Below the pieces are notes generated by a model, which saw nothing but the letters and a program-made list of their open reading frames with translations, was not told the DNA's origin and made no database searches. A program made the translations under genes and the position numbers. Shown one piece after another: positions 17,237 through 27,898 of a stretch of 54,277 nt of DNA (position 1 is the first letter of the stretch; every line of letters starts with the position of its first letter). The stretch spans positions 1 to 54,277 of IMG/VR virus record IMGVR_UViG_3300010373_000058. One strand, written 5' to 3'. Source of the DNA: a virus (lineage: Duplodnaviria > Caudoviricetes).

Positions 17237-17917
17237 AGGATCACTCGCACGTCAGCGTCCAGCGGGAGGATTGTCGTCACATGGCTATCCCACCGGACTG
17301 TGGCCTTGTCTCCAGAGATGCTGTCCACCGTGCCGGTGTCATAGTCTTCGCCTGACCCGGCGGCCACGCGGTTTCCCGGCGACAGGATGCTTCCAGTGGC
17401 GTTGATTTCGTAGTGGCCTCCGATGGTCTTAGTGATTTGTGATGTCATATCAGTCCTTTGCTTGTGCGGGGTTAACAGCCGAATTCTCGCTCCACCTGCT
17501 CGCAAATCCATGTGTTGTCGAAACTCTCGACCCCGTAGCTCTTACGTCCCATCCTGCGCGACCGGCGAAGCCAGCGAATCAAGCACGCCGCCGAATGCCT
17601 CTGGTCAATCCTGATTTTCAATTTCATGCTTCTACACTAAGCCGCTTTTATGCCAATCTAAAAACCGCTATTCCGTTAACCGTTATCGTTCACTTGATAA
17701 TCCTCAAGACACTTGGACACATTACACTCGCATTGCATCCAGTCGGACATTGCTCTGTCCAAGTAAAGGTTGCTTGACCAGTTACCAACAGCGCCAGTCC
17801 CCGCCTAAATCGCGCTACGTTGCCCTATAAACGACTTTTACACCCATTCCGCTACTCTGACATGCTACTCGTCCTTACTCACTTGCCTTGCGTAACTCCC
17901 AAGTGTAAAACTACCAC

Positions 17918-18286
17918 ATGGCCAATGCTAATCTCGACAAGCTCACCGAAAATAAGTCCGGAGGTCGTAAATACTACCACCAACTGCTTGCTCTCCAAGA
18001 CGATCTGTTCCTTAGAGCAATGAAAGAGCAGGAAGACAATGGCAAAGCAGCAAGTTGTGCGCGTGCTTGGGAGGTTCTTGAGGAGCGTAAGCGCATAATG
18101 CGTGGCAAGCTCAAGCCAGGCTCAATTAACGCCAGGGACGATTCAGCGGCTGGGCCACGCAAACGCCAGCAGCGCGACAAGTCGCCAGCACCAGCTCAAC
18201 CCATCGTTTACCCGCCGCCGGGCGAAGATTCGGCCCCGAGCGTGATGAACGAAGGACCAGCCATCGATCCTCCTGACACGACATAA
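17918..18286 (+). CDS. Hypothetical protein, possible terminase small subunit
   Basis: Helical, isolated ORF with its own promoter (TTGCCT-17-TAAAAC), before a long non-coding region. Confidence 0.35.
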   Translation: MANANLDKLTENKSGGRKYYHQLLALQDDLFLRAMKEQEDNGKAASCARAWEVLEERKRIMRGKLKPGSINARDDSAAGPRKRQQRDKSPAPAQPIVYPPPGEDSAPSVMNEGPAIDPPDTT

Positions 18287-18828
18287 TCGATATTGTGCGA
18301 AAGAAGTTTTGTTGAGTTGCAACGTGTTGCGTTGAGTTGGTCCGAAACAAGGTGCTAGTACTCTGCCAGTTGTGGGTCAGACACAAGAATTGTCTTGACT
18401 CAGTAACGTTAAACCCCCTTACAATCCCCCAGTCTTTCCGAAGCATTCGCGTGTGGCAAGGAATCTCTTTGCACGGCCAGACCGTCCCCACGGGTGGCAC
18501 CGGGGAGGGGCTATCGGACTGACGCCATGCGTATTACTCCCCCACGCCTAAAGGACTACTTGGTATTTTGGATAAGTTTATATTCGATCTAACGCACAGG
18601 TCTTTTCAAGTACCTGATTTCTAAGATACTTCAATGGGCTGATTTTACTTTGATTTATTGATGGGCAAAGGTTTTCTATGGACTCTTTCGAAACAGAACC
18701 AACACCAACACCATCCCCAGAGGAGTCACGGTGAGTAACAAAGGTTGTGACCAGGTAACGGGAGGTAGTTACGGTCCCCCTTAACAATCCCCCTATCGTA
18801 CAGAATCAGAATCATACACAGAAGCAGA

Positions 18829-18874
18829 GTCAAGGTTTGTCAATAGTCGTCAATTGTCAAATTTGACGCTTGAC
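18829..18874. repeat. GTCAA/TTGAC repeat cluster, candidate iterons/origin
   Basis: GTCAA at 18829, 18839, 18849, 18856; TTGAC at 18863, 18870; just upstream of the initiator gene. Confidence 0.45.
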
Positions 18875-18904
18875 ATCAATAGGAGTTTTAGGAAGTGTGT
18901 GGTT

Positions 18905-19558
18905 ATGTTTGGGAAACATTTTGAGAGGATGTATCAGGGGTCTATGAGGGGAGCAGGGGCGGACGTATTTGCGGTGTGGGGGTATGCGATTTCACATGCC
19001 AGGCCGGATTCGTTGGTGGAGATGAATTCGGAGATCGTGGCTTTTTTGATTGGGATGCCTCAGCAGAGGGTTGAGAAGGCGCTTGAATTTTTGCAGTCAC
19101 CTGACCCCAAGAGCAGGAACAAGGAGTATGAAGGGAGAAGGATGGTTAAGAGGGGGGAGTTCGAGTATTTTCTTCCCAGCCTTGCTTATTACCGGGGGGT
19201 AAAGTCGTTGGAAGATTTGAGGGAATACAACCGTGTTAAGCAGCGGGAGAGCCGGGAACGGAGGAAGGGATTTGTGGAGACTGAGGAATCGGAGACGGAG
19301 GTTGAACCCCATGACGGTTTTCCAAGGACGAAGGAGGATGCGGTGGCGCACAGCGATTTTGTGGGGTGCACCAAAGAGTTTGCGGAGACGACCTGGAACA
19401 AGGCGATGAGCAGGAGTGGTCGGGATTCCAAGGGTCAGGTCATCAGGAGTTGGAGACACTTTCTGGCTTCGGAACACGCCTATCACAAGGGAAGGCCGGA
19501 CATTAACGGAAACCAAAAAAGGAGTCCGGAATGGGACAAGACAATTCGAGAGCCTTAG
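18905..19558 (+). CDS. Phage replication initiator-like protein
   Basis: MFGK.F..MY.GSM.GAG; YNR.KQRESR linker; directly before DnaB. Confidence 0.6.
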   Translation: MFGKHFERMYQGSMRGAGADVFAVWGYAISHARPDSLVEMNSEIVAFLIGMPQQRVEKALEFLQSPDPKSRNKEYEGRRMVKRGEFEYFLPSLAYYRGVKSLEDLREYNRVKQRESRERRKGFVETEESETEVEPHDGFPRTKEDAVAHSDFVGCTKEFAETTWNKAMSRSGRDSKGQVIRSWRHFLASEHAYHKGRPDINGNQKRSPEWDKTIREP

Positions 19559-20820
19559 AGGAACTTCCCCCGCACGACCCCGTTGCGGAGTGGTTTTTGT
19601 TGTGTTGCCTGGTCCACCGACCGCAACTCATCAAGGGGATCAAACCCATCCTGTTCTATATCGAGGAATGTCGCAGGGTGATTTTGAAGATGCAACAGTT
19701 TCTACTTGAAGGAAGGGAATGCGTTGCCGACCCGGCCTTGTTCCTTCACGAGTTGGGAAGGGCGCTGGACACGCATTATCACGAGCCGTTGACCAGGGCG
19801 TTCGTGCAGCTTCCTTCCCCGGAAAACTGGACCTACTGGCTGGATATTCTGGTCGCTCACTGGAAGGCCCGACGGTTGTTGCAGATTTCACCCCGAATTT
19901 CAGATGCCTCCTACCAGCTTCAACAGGGAAATTCCTCGCCGGTCGAGAGTATTCGCAAGGAACTCCATGAGATAGACACCGAATCGGCGGGAATGTCGTC
20001 CGGTAAAAAGGTGGGGGAAATGGTCAGGCCGGTCATCGATGAACTGGAAAAACAGTTCTCGAATCAGGGTGTGTTTCCCGGTCTGACCACCGGATTGTCG
20101 AATCTGGACCGGGCAACGGCGGGACTTCAAAAGGGAAGGTTCTACATCATCGCCGGAAGACCCGGTGAAGGCAAAAGTTCGATGCTGTTGTCGCTCGCCG
20201 CCCATGTCGCTTCCCTGGGTAAAAAGGTGGTCTATTACAGCCTCGAAATGCCGGGGGAAGAACTTACCGGTAGATTGATTTCGTCCATGTCAAGGGTGGT
20301 CCTGGGAAAGTTCTCCAGGGGAACGGCCACCCAGGAGGATTTTGAAAGGGTCAGCCGGGCTTCGCTGGAGGTGAAGAAACTTGACCTGTGCATCGTGGAT
20401 TCCATGTCCGGTCTGCAACAGATTATTCATCACGCAGGTGTCGAGTCGGCTCGTGGATTGTGCGATTTGATCGTGGTCGATTACCTGCAACGAATCAGGA
20501 TTCCTGGGTTCAGGGGGAACCGGAATGATCTGGTGACGGAAATCAGCAACGCCATCAAGGACATTGCCATGAGCGCCAATGTTCCCGTCCTCTCCGCCGC
20601 CCAGTTGAATCGGAGTGTCACCAGGGAGGACCGGCACCCGAACCTTTCAGATTTGAGGGACAGCGGCTCTCTGGAACAGGATGCCGATTTCGTTGGGCTA
20701 TTGCATTCGGAGAATCAGAATGAAACCAGGATGCTCGTCGCCAAGAACCGCAGCGGCGATACCGGAGTGATAACGTTCACCTTCCGAAGGGAAATCACCC
20801 GGTTCGATTCACCGGTATGA
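19531..20820 (+). CDS. dnaB: Replicative DNA helicase
   Basis: GRPGEGKS, YSLEM, IVVDYLQ, AQLNR, DLRDSGSLEQDAD, KNRSG. Confidence 0.95.
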   Translation: MGQDNSRALEELPPHDPVAEWFLLCCLVHRPQLIKGIKPILFYIEECRRVILKMQQFLLEGRECVADPALFLHELGRALDTHYHEPLTRAFVQLPSPENWTYWLDILVAHWKARRLLQISPRISDASYQLQQGNSSPVESIRKELHEIDTESAGMSSGKKVGEMVRPVIDELEKQFSNQGVFPGLTTGLSNLDRATAGLQKGRFYIIAGRPGEGKSSMLLSLAAHVASLGKKVVYYSLEMPGEELTGRLISSMSRVVLGKFSRGTATQEDFERVSRASLEVKKLDLCIVDSMSGLQQIIHHAGVESARGLCDLIVVDYLQRIRIPGFRGNRNDLVTEISNAIKDIAMSANVPVLSAAQLNRSVTREDRHPNLSDLRDSGSLEQDADFVGLLHSENQNETRMLVAKNRSGDTGVITFTFRREITRFDSPV

Positions 20821-21007
20821 ACTCCCTCTACTCAATGGTCAAACACTGGCACGACCTCCATCCCGACATCAGCAATGATACCATGTGGGAACTGGTCCGA
20901 CCAGAGTTCACCGGGGATAATCCACAGTGGTTGAGAAAAACCATGTGCGCCTATTTGAACCGGTTCAGAAGAGAGTTCAACAGAAGGTTTGAACACCTGA
21001 CACTGCA

Positions 21008-21265
21008 ATGATACGACCACTCAACAAAAAAATACTCGTCCTGGATGAACCGGACCCGTTGAAGTCCACTGGTGGAATCCATCTGACCAGGCAGTGGGAA
21101 CATCCTTCCGGAACCGCCAGGGTGATTTCTGTGTCGGAAGGAACCGTGGACTTGAAACCAGGCGACCGGGTGTTGACCCGTCCCTACGCAGGTAAAGAGG
21201 TCGAGCACGACGGGAAAACTTACCGGTTGCTGGAAGCATCGGAGATTATAGGTGTGCAGTTATGA
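21008..21265 (+). CDS. groES: Co-chaperonin GroES-like protein
   Basis: IRPLNKKILV...STGGI.L...V.SV..G..D.KPGDRVL...YAG.EV..DG..Y.LL....IIG. Confidence 0.9.
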   Translation: MIRPLNKKILVLDEPDPLKSTGGIHLTRQWEHPSGTARVISVSEGTVDLKPGDRVLTRPYAGKEVEHDGKTYRLLEASEIIGVQL

Positions 21266-21423
21266 GTCAGAGGAATCTTGAAAAATATCTGAGGGAACAT
21301 CCTGTTTTCGGTCCGGAGGTGTACCTGCCGCACTTCGGGGTGTGGGCGCTGAAGAACCGGCGGGGTGAAACTGACCTCGTACTGACGTTGACTCTACCGG
21401 ACTGAGAGACTACCGTCCTGCCC

Positions 21424-23301
21424 ATGCCCGTACGACTGGTGGATGGTCAGTTCGATTTCTCTCAGGGGGTGGACAGCAACGCGCCCCGCACCAAGGCGTC
21501 CCGGTTCGTTCCGCACGGAGTCAATCCCTCGCAGGTGGCGTGGTGCGTCAACGGGAACATGCGCGGCGGTCCCATAGGACAAAGACCCACCCTGCAACCC
21601 CTCGTAGGAGACGCGCCCTGGTCGGGGATATTCCAGGGAGGATGGCTTTATCAACCGGATGTCACCGACCCGATTCTGATTCTGGTCATCGGCGGAAGGG
21701 TGTACCGGGTCCGGGTGGATACCGACAACTCAGTTACCGACCTCTCGGCACTCTACGCCACCGGTTCGGACGACCTCACCATGCCACTGGTCGAGCAATG
21801 TCATTTCACGCAGTCGGAAATGTTTCTCATCATCCAGGCCGGGGATTTTGTCACGCTGCCATTGTTCTACGATTTCGGAGAGGAAGGGGTCAGGCCGGAA
21901 AGTTTAAGGCGAAGCAACGGACTGGCGTTCCCCGGTGTGTCCAGTTCACAGAACGAAATACCCGCCGCGGGTCCGATGGATTATTACGCGCAACGGACGT
22001 GGTACGCGTTTGGGCGTGGTTACGTGGGGTCGGACATCGTGGACAACACTTCGAGCGGGTCGTCCGCCTTCGATTTCAGGGATTCGGTGTTGAAACTCAC
22101 CGAGAACCCCGTGGCCTACGGCGGGGATGCCTTCGGGGTTCCTACTCTGGCCGGGAACATCCGGGCGCTGGCGCACGCCAGCAACATTGATTCCGCATTG
22201 GGTGACGCGCAGTTGTTCGTGTTTACAAGAAGGGCGGTTTATTCCTGTGTGGCTCCGATCACCCGTAATGACTGGACCTCTACCACGATCAACAACATGC
22301 CCCTGCAAAAGCTGGTGTTGAACAAGGGCGGTTCCTACGGGGACAGGTGCATCGTTCCGGTCAATGGAGATTTGTTCTTTCCCTCGCCACCGGACGGTAA
22401 CATCCGTTCCATTCAGGCCACGCTAAGGTATCAGCAACAGTGGGGTTATGTGCCACTGTCAAACAACATCAACCGCGCCCTGAACTTCAACAACCGGTCG
22501 TTGCTGCATGCCAGCACCGGAATCCAGTTCGACAACCGTTTGTTGATGAGTGAACTTCCCATCCTGACACCCGCAGGGGTGGCGAATCAGGCGGTTGCCC
22601 CTCTTGATTTCGACATCATCAGCACACTCGAAGAGAGGCTTCCTCCTGCCTGGGAAGGGGTGTACGACTTTTCCGGTGGACCGTTGATACTCCAGATGTG
22701 GGAAGGGGATTTTGGCGGAAGGGAAAGAGCTTTCACCGCCGCATGGTCGGAACTCAACAACCGGATTGAAGTTTGGGAAATACGCGGGGACGTGAGATTC
22801 GACAACGTGGCCGGTGGAGGTGGCGGAACCCGTGTCACTCGGGTAATCGAGTTTCCCGCCTACACCTTCGATTTGCCGATGGCCCTCAAGGAACTGGACA
22901 GCGCCGAATTCTGGTTCGACAAGATTTTGGGCACGGTCGATTGCGAGGCGTTCTACCGTCCGGACATGACCTCATGCTGGAATCCCTGGTCGGCCTTCAA
23001 GCTGTGCGCCGCCAGGGATTGCACCGAAGACCCGGACGATCCGTGCCCCGACAACGGGTATCCCAAGGAACCGTGGTGCGAACAGGACGCCGTGCCGGTG
23101 GTGATTGGGAAACCTCCCATTCCAAAATGTATTCCCAACGCGGCTTCAAAACCAAGACCGTCGATTCATGGCTACCAGTTTCAGGTGAAGCTGGTGACTA
23201 AGGGCTGGTGCCGGTTGAGAGGGATGCTGCTCTACGCCCAGCACCGGGAGAAGGCTCCCTATCAGGGAATCGCTTGCACCCCCGTTGACTCGACATTATA
23301 G
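21424..23301 (+). CDS. Putative tail tubular/stabilisation protein
   Basis: 625 aa, beta-rich; position at start of tail module. Confidence 0.55.
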   Translation: MPVRLVDGQFDFSQGVDSNAPRTKASRFVPHGVNPSQVAWCVNGNMRGGPIGQRPTLQPLVGDAPWSGIFQGGWLYQPDVTDPILILVIGGRVYRVRVDTDNSVTDLSALYATGSDDLTMPLVEQCHFTQSEMFLIIQAGDFVTLPLFYDFGEEGVRPESLRRSNGLAFPGVSSSQNEIPAAGPMDYYAQRTWYAFGRGYVGSDIVDNTSSGSSAFDFRDSVLKLTENPVAYGGDAFGVPTLAGNIRALAHASNIDSALGDAQLFVFTRRAVYSCVAPITRNDWTSTTINNMPLQKLVLNKGGSYGDRCIVPVNGDLFFPSPPDGNIRSIQATLRYQQQWGYVPLSNNINRALNFNNRSLLHASTGIQFDNRLLMSELPILTPAGVANQAVAPLDFDIISTLEERLPPAWEGVYDFSGGPLILQMWEGDFGGRERAFTAAWSELNNRIEVWEIRGDVRFDNVAGGGGGTRVTRVIEFPAYTFDLPMALKELDSAEFWFDKILGTVDCEAFYRPDMTSCWNPWSAFKLCAARDCTEDPDDPCPDNGYPKEPWCEQDAVPVVIGKPPIPKCIPNAASKPRPSIHGYQFQVKLVTKGWCRLRGMLLYAQHREKAPYQGIACTPVDSTL

Positions 23302-23308
23302 GTGAATC

Positions 23309-24271
23309 ATGCCGACCATACCGTGCAATAACATCCAGAATTCATGTCTCCCATGCTTGGAGTCGCCTATCGAGAATTTGTCGGCGGAATTGCCCGATCC
23401 ACCGACTTTTCTTTCTGTGTTCGATTATCCCGGCCCTCCTCCCTTGGGTAATCTGTTCGCCACACCCGGATGTCTCTCGTGGTGTTTCTCCACCGTAAGC
23501 CAGCAGGACGCCGATGATTGTTCGAGGAACTCGGCCATCAATTGCGCCGTGACGGACGGGGGTTCGGGAGATTCCGGATGCCGCACCGGATGGTGCGCTC
23601 CTGTCCGTGGAGACGGGTATTCTCCAAGAAATGTGTTCCACAGCGGGCCACAGTCCTGCACCGTGTTCTGTCCGGATGGAACCCCGTTCGTGTTCGACCT
23701 TCCTGCCGGAGTTGTGGTGAGCCCAATATCACAGGCCGACGCCGATGAACGGGCGGCGGCCATCTGCCGGAAACGTTCGGAGGGACACATCCTTTGCCTG
23801 ACCGATGCCACCGTGCCGGAAACTTGCGTGAACGAATTCTACTTCTTCGCGTTCATCGCCGACGGCGGACCTCAAGTAAGGGAACCGTTCACGTTCGCCC
23901 TTCTCGCGGGAACACTTCCAGATGGAATGACCATCACCAGTGACGGGTTCCTGACCGGCACACCGAGTTCCAGCGGGTCGTTCACCTTCACGGTTCAGGT
24001 CGTGGCTGACAGCGGTGAATCGGCTCAGAAATCTTTCACCATGCAGGTCGTGGAAATAACCACATCGACACTTCCAGACGGTACACAGGGAACTTCCTAC
24101 TCGCAGGCATTGTCCGAGAACGGGGGTATCGCTCCGTTCTCATGGCAGGTCACAACCGGAAGTCTTCCCACCGGACTGACTCTGGACGAAACCACGGGTG
24201 TTATTTCAGGAACTCCCACCGTGGGCGGGGACTACAACTTCACGGTGACTTTACAGGACGAGGCGACATGA
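23309..24271 (+). CDS. Cys-rich virion protein with two putative Ig domains
   Basis: Repeated G.LP.G.T....G..SGTP...G...FTV. Confidence 0.75.
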   Translation: MPTIPCNNIQNSCLPCLESPIENLSAELPDPPTFLSVFDYPGPPPLGNLFATPGCLSWCFSTVSQQDADDCSRNSAINCAVTDGGSGDSGCRTGWCAPVRGDGYSPRNVFHSGPQSCTVFCPDGTPFVFDLPAGVVVSPISQADADERAAAICRKRSEGHILCLTDATVPETCVNEFYFFAFIADGGPQVREPFTFALLAGTLPDGMTITSDGFLTGTPSSSGSFTFTVQVVADSGESAQKSFTMQVVEITTSTLPDGTQGTSYSQALSENGGIAPFSWQVTTGSLPTGLTLDETTGVISGTPTVGGDYNFTVTLQDEAT

Positions 24272-24646
24272 TTCCCTGCCACAGAGACCTTGAATTCGCG
24301 CAGGTAACGGCCCTCGCCTGGGTGATGAACTTCGACAATTACCGGGTTCGCTGGACCGACCACACCGAGGTCAGGGACCGGAACAGCGGACGGGCAGTAA
24401 GGATTCAGCGGGGCAAAGACTGGGCGCATCAGGGATTCGACCACATCAACTTCGTCAAGGTGAACGCATGAACGCATGGCACTTCATGGAACGTGTAAAT
24501 GGATTCGTCGTGCTGGTCCGTTTCAAGAACCGTTCGATGTCGGTGGGAAACGGGGAATTGCACCTGAGCATTTTGAACTCCGGAAATCAGCGTCCGGTCT
24601 GCAAACGCTGGTGGAGAATCGAACTCTGGTGGAGCGGGAGGAAATA

Positions 24647-25219
24647 ATGGCCATCGCCTGCACAAAAGATTTGAGCATCCACATCGGGGGAGGGTACTGG
24701 ACATTCTTCGATTTGAACGGATTTCCCGGTGTTGGAACCAACACCCAATGTACATCGGTAAAGAACGTCACCTCGAACACACAGGCCAATCTCAATTTCA
24801 CCCTGGACACGGGATCGAATGACCGCCAAGGACCGGTGGTTTGCTGGGACTGCGATTTTCCGGGTGGCAACATGCAGTTGACAACAGCCTTCTTTGGACC
24901 GTTCGGAGTGGATACACTTGTCACCATTACCGGAGCTTTGACACTTGCCTGCGCCTCCACGGTTCTGCTGGACGGAGCCTGTAATCCAAATCCGGATACA
25001 ACATCATCACAGTTCATACTCGAGTACACCGACGGGATAGGAGTAGGCGTTCTACAAGTGGAGACCTGCACCCCGGCAGAGGCCAGCAAGCTGGTGGCTA
25101 TCAATGCTAGTTTCACGCAGCATGTAGCCGATCCGCCATTGTTCCTGAGAATCATACTCGCGTCGCACGGCGCGGGCATGTTCAATCAGGTCAATTGCGG
25201 AGTCACCTTCACGCCCTGA
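24647..25219 (+). CDS. Putative virion structural protein
   Basis: Beta-rich Thr/Asn/Cys composition; start taken at MAIAC. Confidence 0.5.
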   Translation: MAIACTKDLSIHIGGGYWTFFDLNGFPGVGTNTQCTSVKNVTSNTQANLNFTLDTGSNDRQGPVVCWDCDFPGGNMQLTTAFFGPFGVDTLVTITGALTLACASTVLLDGACNPNPDTTSSQFILEYTDGIGVGVLQVETCTPAEASKLVAINASFTQHVADPPLFLRIILASHGAGMFNQVNCGVTFTP

Positions 25220-25265
25220 ATGTAATGCGCTTGCAATCCAAACGCTAAAGTGGCATTGGTCAGAT

Positions 25266-25925
25266 ATGTTCGCCTCACGATACATAGACCTTACAGGAAA
25301 GCGATTTGGGAAGCTTTGTGTAATTCGATTTAATGGATTGAACAAGCACAGCAGCGCAACATGGTTGTGTCGGTGTGATTGCGGTGTTGAGAAAGTGATT
25401 GATGGTAATCCACTCAGGAGGGGTGTGGTGAAGTCGTGTAATTGCTCGATTGGTGGAAAGACCCACGGAATAGGACACACGGCTTTCTATTCAGCGTGGT
25501 TTTCCATGATTTCAAGATGCTACAATCCTAAACGCAATGATTATCGTAACTATGGCGGAAGGGGGATCAGGGTGTGTGAGTTTTTGAGAGCCAGCCCGAT
25601 CAACCTCCTTCAAACGGTTGGGGAAAAGCCAAACCGTGGAATGAGTTTGGACCGGAGAAACAATGAAGGGCATTATTCTTGCGGCGCGTGCTCGGAATGT
25701 TTTAGATGTGGATACCCGTTGAACATAAGGTGGGCAACGGCGCAACAACAATGCAGGAATACCAGATTTAACAGGATGCTTACTGTTGGGACAGAGACAA
25801 GATGCTGTAAAGAGTGGGCAGAGATTTCCGGAATAAAGTACCATACGTTTTATGCGCGTTTACGTCGCGGTCGTGATCCGTTCATAAACAGGAAGGAACA
25901 AAATCGTGCCAGCAAGCAGGCTTAG
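25266..25925 (+). CDS. HNH homing endonuclease
   Basis: DLTGKRFGKL, CRCDCG, YGGRGIRVC, SLDR.NN...N.RWAT..QQ.RN. Confidence 0.9.
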   Translation: MFASRYIDLTGKRFGKLCVIRFNGLNKHSSATWLCRCDCGVEKVIDGNPLRRGVVKSCNCSIGGKTHGIGHTAFYSAWFSMISRCYNPKRNDYRNYGGRGIRVCEFLRASPINLLQTVGEKPNRGMSLDRRNNEGHYSCGACSECFRCGYPLNIRWATAQQQCRNTRFNRMLTVGTETRCCKEWAEISGIKYHTFYARLRRGRDPFINRKEQNRASKQA

Positions 25926-26994
25926 ACTTTACGACCTGATTACAGATAGATTCTATGCGGAAGCTGTGGGCTATTGTGGTGGGGACATTGCCGCAATAGC
26001 GGACGTAACCAACCGTGTACAGGAAAGATTGATGACGTGCAGAGAAGCTGGAAACGATGGGTGGTTCGGAGGCTATGCGGAGATGGCCTTCAATGTTTCC
26101 CAAACCAATCCGTTCATTACCATGCCCCGTGGTGTGGCTCGGGCCATACGGTTCGACATGTGCCAGCGTCCGTTGCGGATTCAGAACCAGTTTTACGAGT
26201 ATCTTCAATTCGGTTCCGGCAAATGGCCCAAGCTGAACTGCAATTCAACCTCGACCATCTGCCACACCGGACCACGCGAGGCGTTCAGGAGAAATACCGC
26301 CGTAACTTTCACGGACCTGACCACGCCCGGTTACGGACTCAGGTTTTATCCCGGTGACGCCGCCGATGCGGGTCTTCGGGTTCTGGTCGGTTGCACCGAT
26401 GCCAATGCTCAAACGGTGTACACCCTGGACGGACCGGTTCAGGTGAACGGGGTGTTCACATCCCTGGGACTGCCATTCGTTGACCTGGCGCTTCCGGGCA
26501 CATCGGTGCCCCTGGAACTGGGGTCCATCACGGCCATTCAAAAGGACATCACACTCGGTCCCTTGAGCATCTATCAGGTGAACCTGACGACGGGCGATCA
26601 AACGTTGTTGTCCATCATGGAACCCGGTGAGACCGTTGCCTTCTACACCCGGTATTATCTCAACTCCGTCCCCACCAATTGCTGCCCCTCCCCGGTGGCT
26701 GGACAGGTGCAGGTGACGGCGATGGTGAAGCTGGACCTTGTTCCGGCGAGGGTGCCCACCGATTATCTTCTGATACAAAGCAAGGAAGCCATCATCAACG
26801 AGGCAGAGAGCGCAAGACTGGGAAGCAGCGACAGCGCCGATGGAAAATCACAGGCAGCAGAGCGGCACCGTGCCGCCGTGCGCTATTTGCAGGGGATGTT
26901 GGTTCACCATGAGGGCAAGGAATTTCCGGCAATCAACTTCGCACCTTTCGGCAACCAGAGATTGAGCAATCAACGCATCGGTTTGATGACCTGA
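25906..26994 (+). CDS. Putative head-tail adaptor/tail tubular protein
   Basis: Size and position in podovirus-like module. Confidence 0.45.
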   Translation: MPASRLRLYDLITDRFYAEAVGYCGGDIAAIADVTNRVQERLMTCREAGNDGWFGGYAEMAFNVSQTNPFITMPRGVARAIRFDMCQRPLRIQNQFYEYLQFGSGKWPKLNCNSTSTICHTGPREAFRRNTAVTFTDLTTPGYGLRFYPGDAADAGLRVLVGCTDANAQTVYTLDGPVQVNGVFTSLGLPFVDLALPGTSVPLELGSITAIQKDITLGPLSIYQVNLTTGDQTLLSIMEPGETVAFYTRYYLNSVPTNCCPSPVAGQVQVTAMVKLDLVPARVPTDYLLIQSKEAIINEAESARLGSSDSADGKSQAAERHRAAVRYLQGMLVHHEGKEFPAINFAPFGNQRLSNQRIGLMT

Positions 26995-26998
26995 TATT

Positions 26999-27898
26999 AT
27001 GCCTACCAGCGCAGGAATAGCAGCCGGTTCGGTTCCGGGTTGGAACAGTGACTTCACACAGTTCACTCCCTACTACCAGCCTATTCCTACCAGACCTAAC
27101 TCCGTTTCAGGTTCTTCGGGTGGGGGAGCATCCGGAGTAACCACCATTTCATCAGGCTCATCCACGGGAGTTCCCTATACAGTGGGCGGAGGAGTGGTTC
27201 CCAATGCCGGGGCTTTGGAAGCTCAGAGTTCGATGGACATAGGGCAATTGCTCAATCCGGGGAATAACTTTCCTGACGTAAACCGTCAGGCGGCGGAACT
27301 GTCTGCTGGACGTGGAATTCCCGGAAGCGCGGCGGCTTACGGAACCGGACTTAGGATGACCGATGAAGAGCGACTGAAAAGAATCGCCCTTGGAGAAAAC
27401 CTTTTGTCGGGGGCTTATGCCAGAAACCAGCCGAACGTCATCACGCCCTATCAACAATCCCAAATCGACATTCAACGTGGATACCTTGACCTCGCCCGGC
27501 AGAGGGGACAAATCAGCCAGAGCGAGTATGATAATCAATTGCGAAGATTGAACCAGCCCAACATCACCTATTCAGGAACACCCGGAGTGGGAGCATCAAG
27601 CCCGGTTCAAGGAGGGGGATTCACAGGCTACCCGGCAGTGGGCGCTACTTCCGGAACTCTTCCGTATGATAATAGCAGTCCCTACATACTTCCCAATCCT
27701 GGAATGACCTATCCTAATCCTTCCGGTGGGATTCTTCCTCTTTATCCTGGGGGTCCTGTGGGTGATGGTGGTGAGTTCGACTGGAACTCCGCTCTGGACC
27801 AGTTGGGACTAGGCGACAACACTGATTTAGGTTCCGGTGAAGGCGATTTCGGTTTGGGAGATTTCAGTGGAGGAGAAGATTATGGCGGATACGCCTGA
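26999..27898 (+). CDS. Putative internal virion/ejection protein
   Basis: Gly/Ser-rich, low complexity. Confidence 0.5.
   Translation: MPTSAGIAAGSVPGWNSDFTQFTPYYQPIPTRPNSVSGSSGGGASGVTTISSGSSTGVPYTVGGGVVPNAGALEAQSSMDIGQLLNPGNNFPDVNRQAAELSAGRGIPGSAAAYGTGLRMTDEERLKRIALGENLLSGAYARNQPNVITPYQQSQIDIQRGYLDLARQRGQISQSEYDNQLRRLNQPNITYSGTPGVGASSPVQGGGFTGYPAVGATSGTLPYDNSSPYILPNPGMTYPNPSGGILPLYPGGPVGDGGEFDWNSALDQLGLGDNTDLGSGEGDFGLGDFSGGEDYGGYA

Noticed and set aside
24523-25185. Long antisense or alternate-frame ORFs in the track (e.g. 24523-25185, 44446-45144, 45150-45875, 21540-22190)
   Set aside because: They shadow better-supported genes and have no recognisable motifs
25220-25925. Group I introns around the free-standing HNH genes (also 39477, 49696, 52576)
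   Set aside because: Flanking genes look complete and the intergenic space is too short for a ribozyme core
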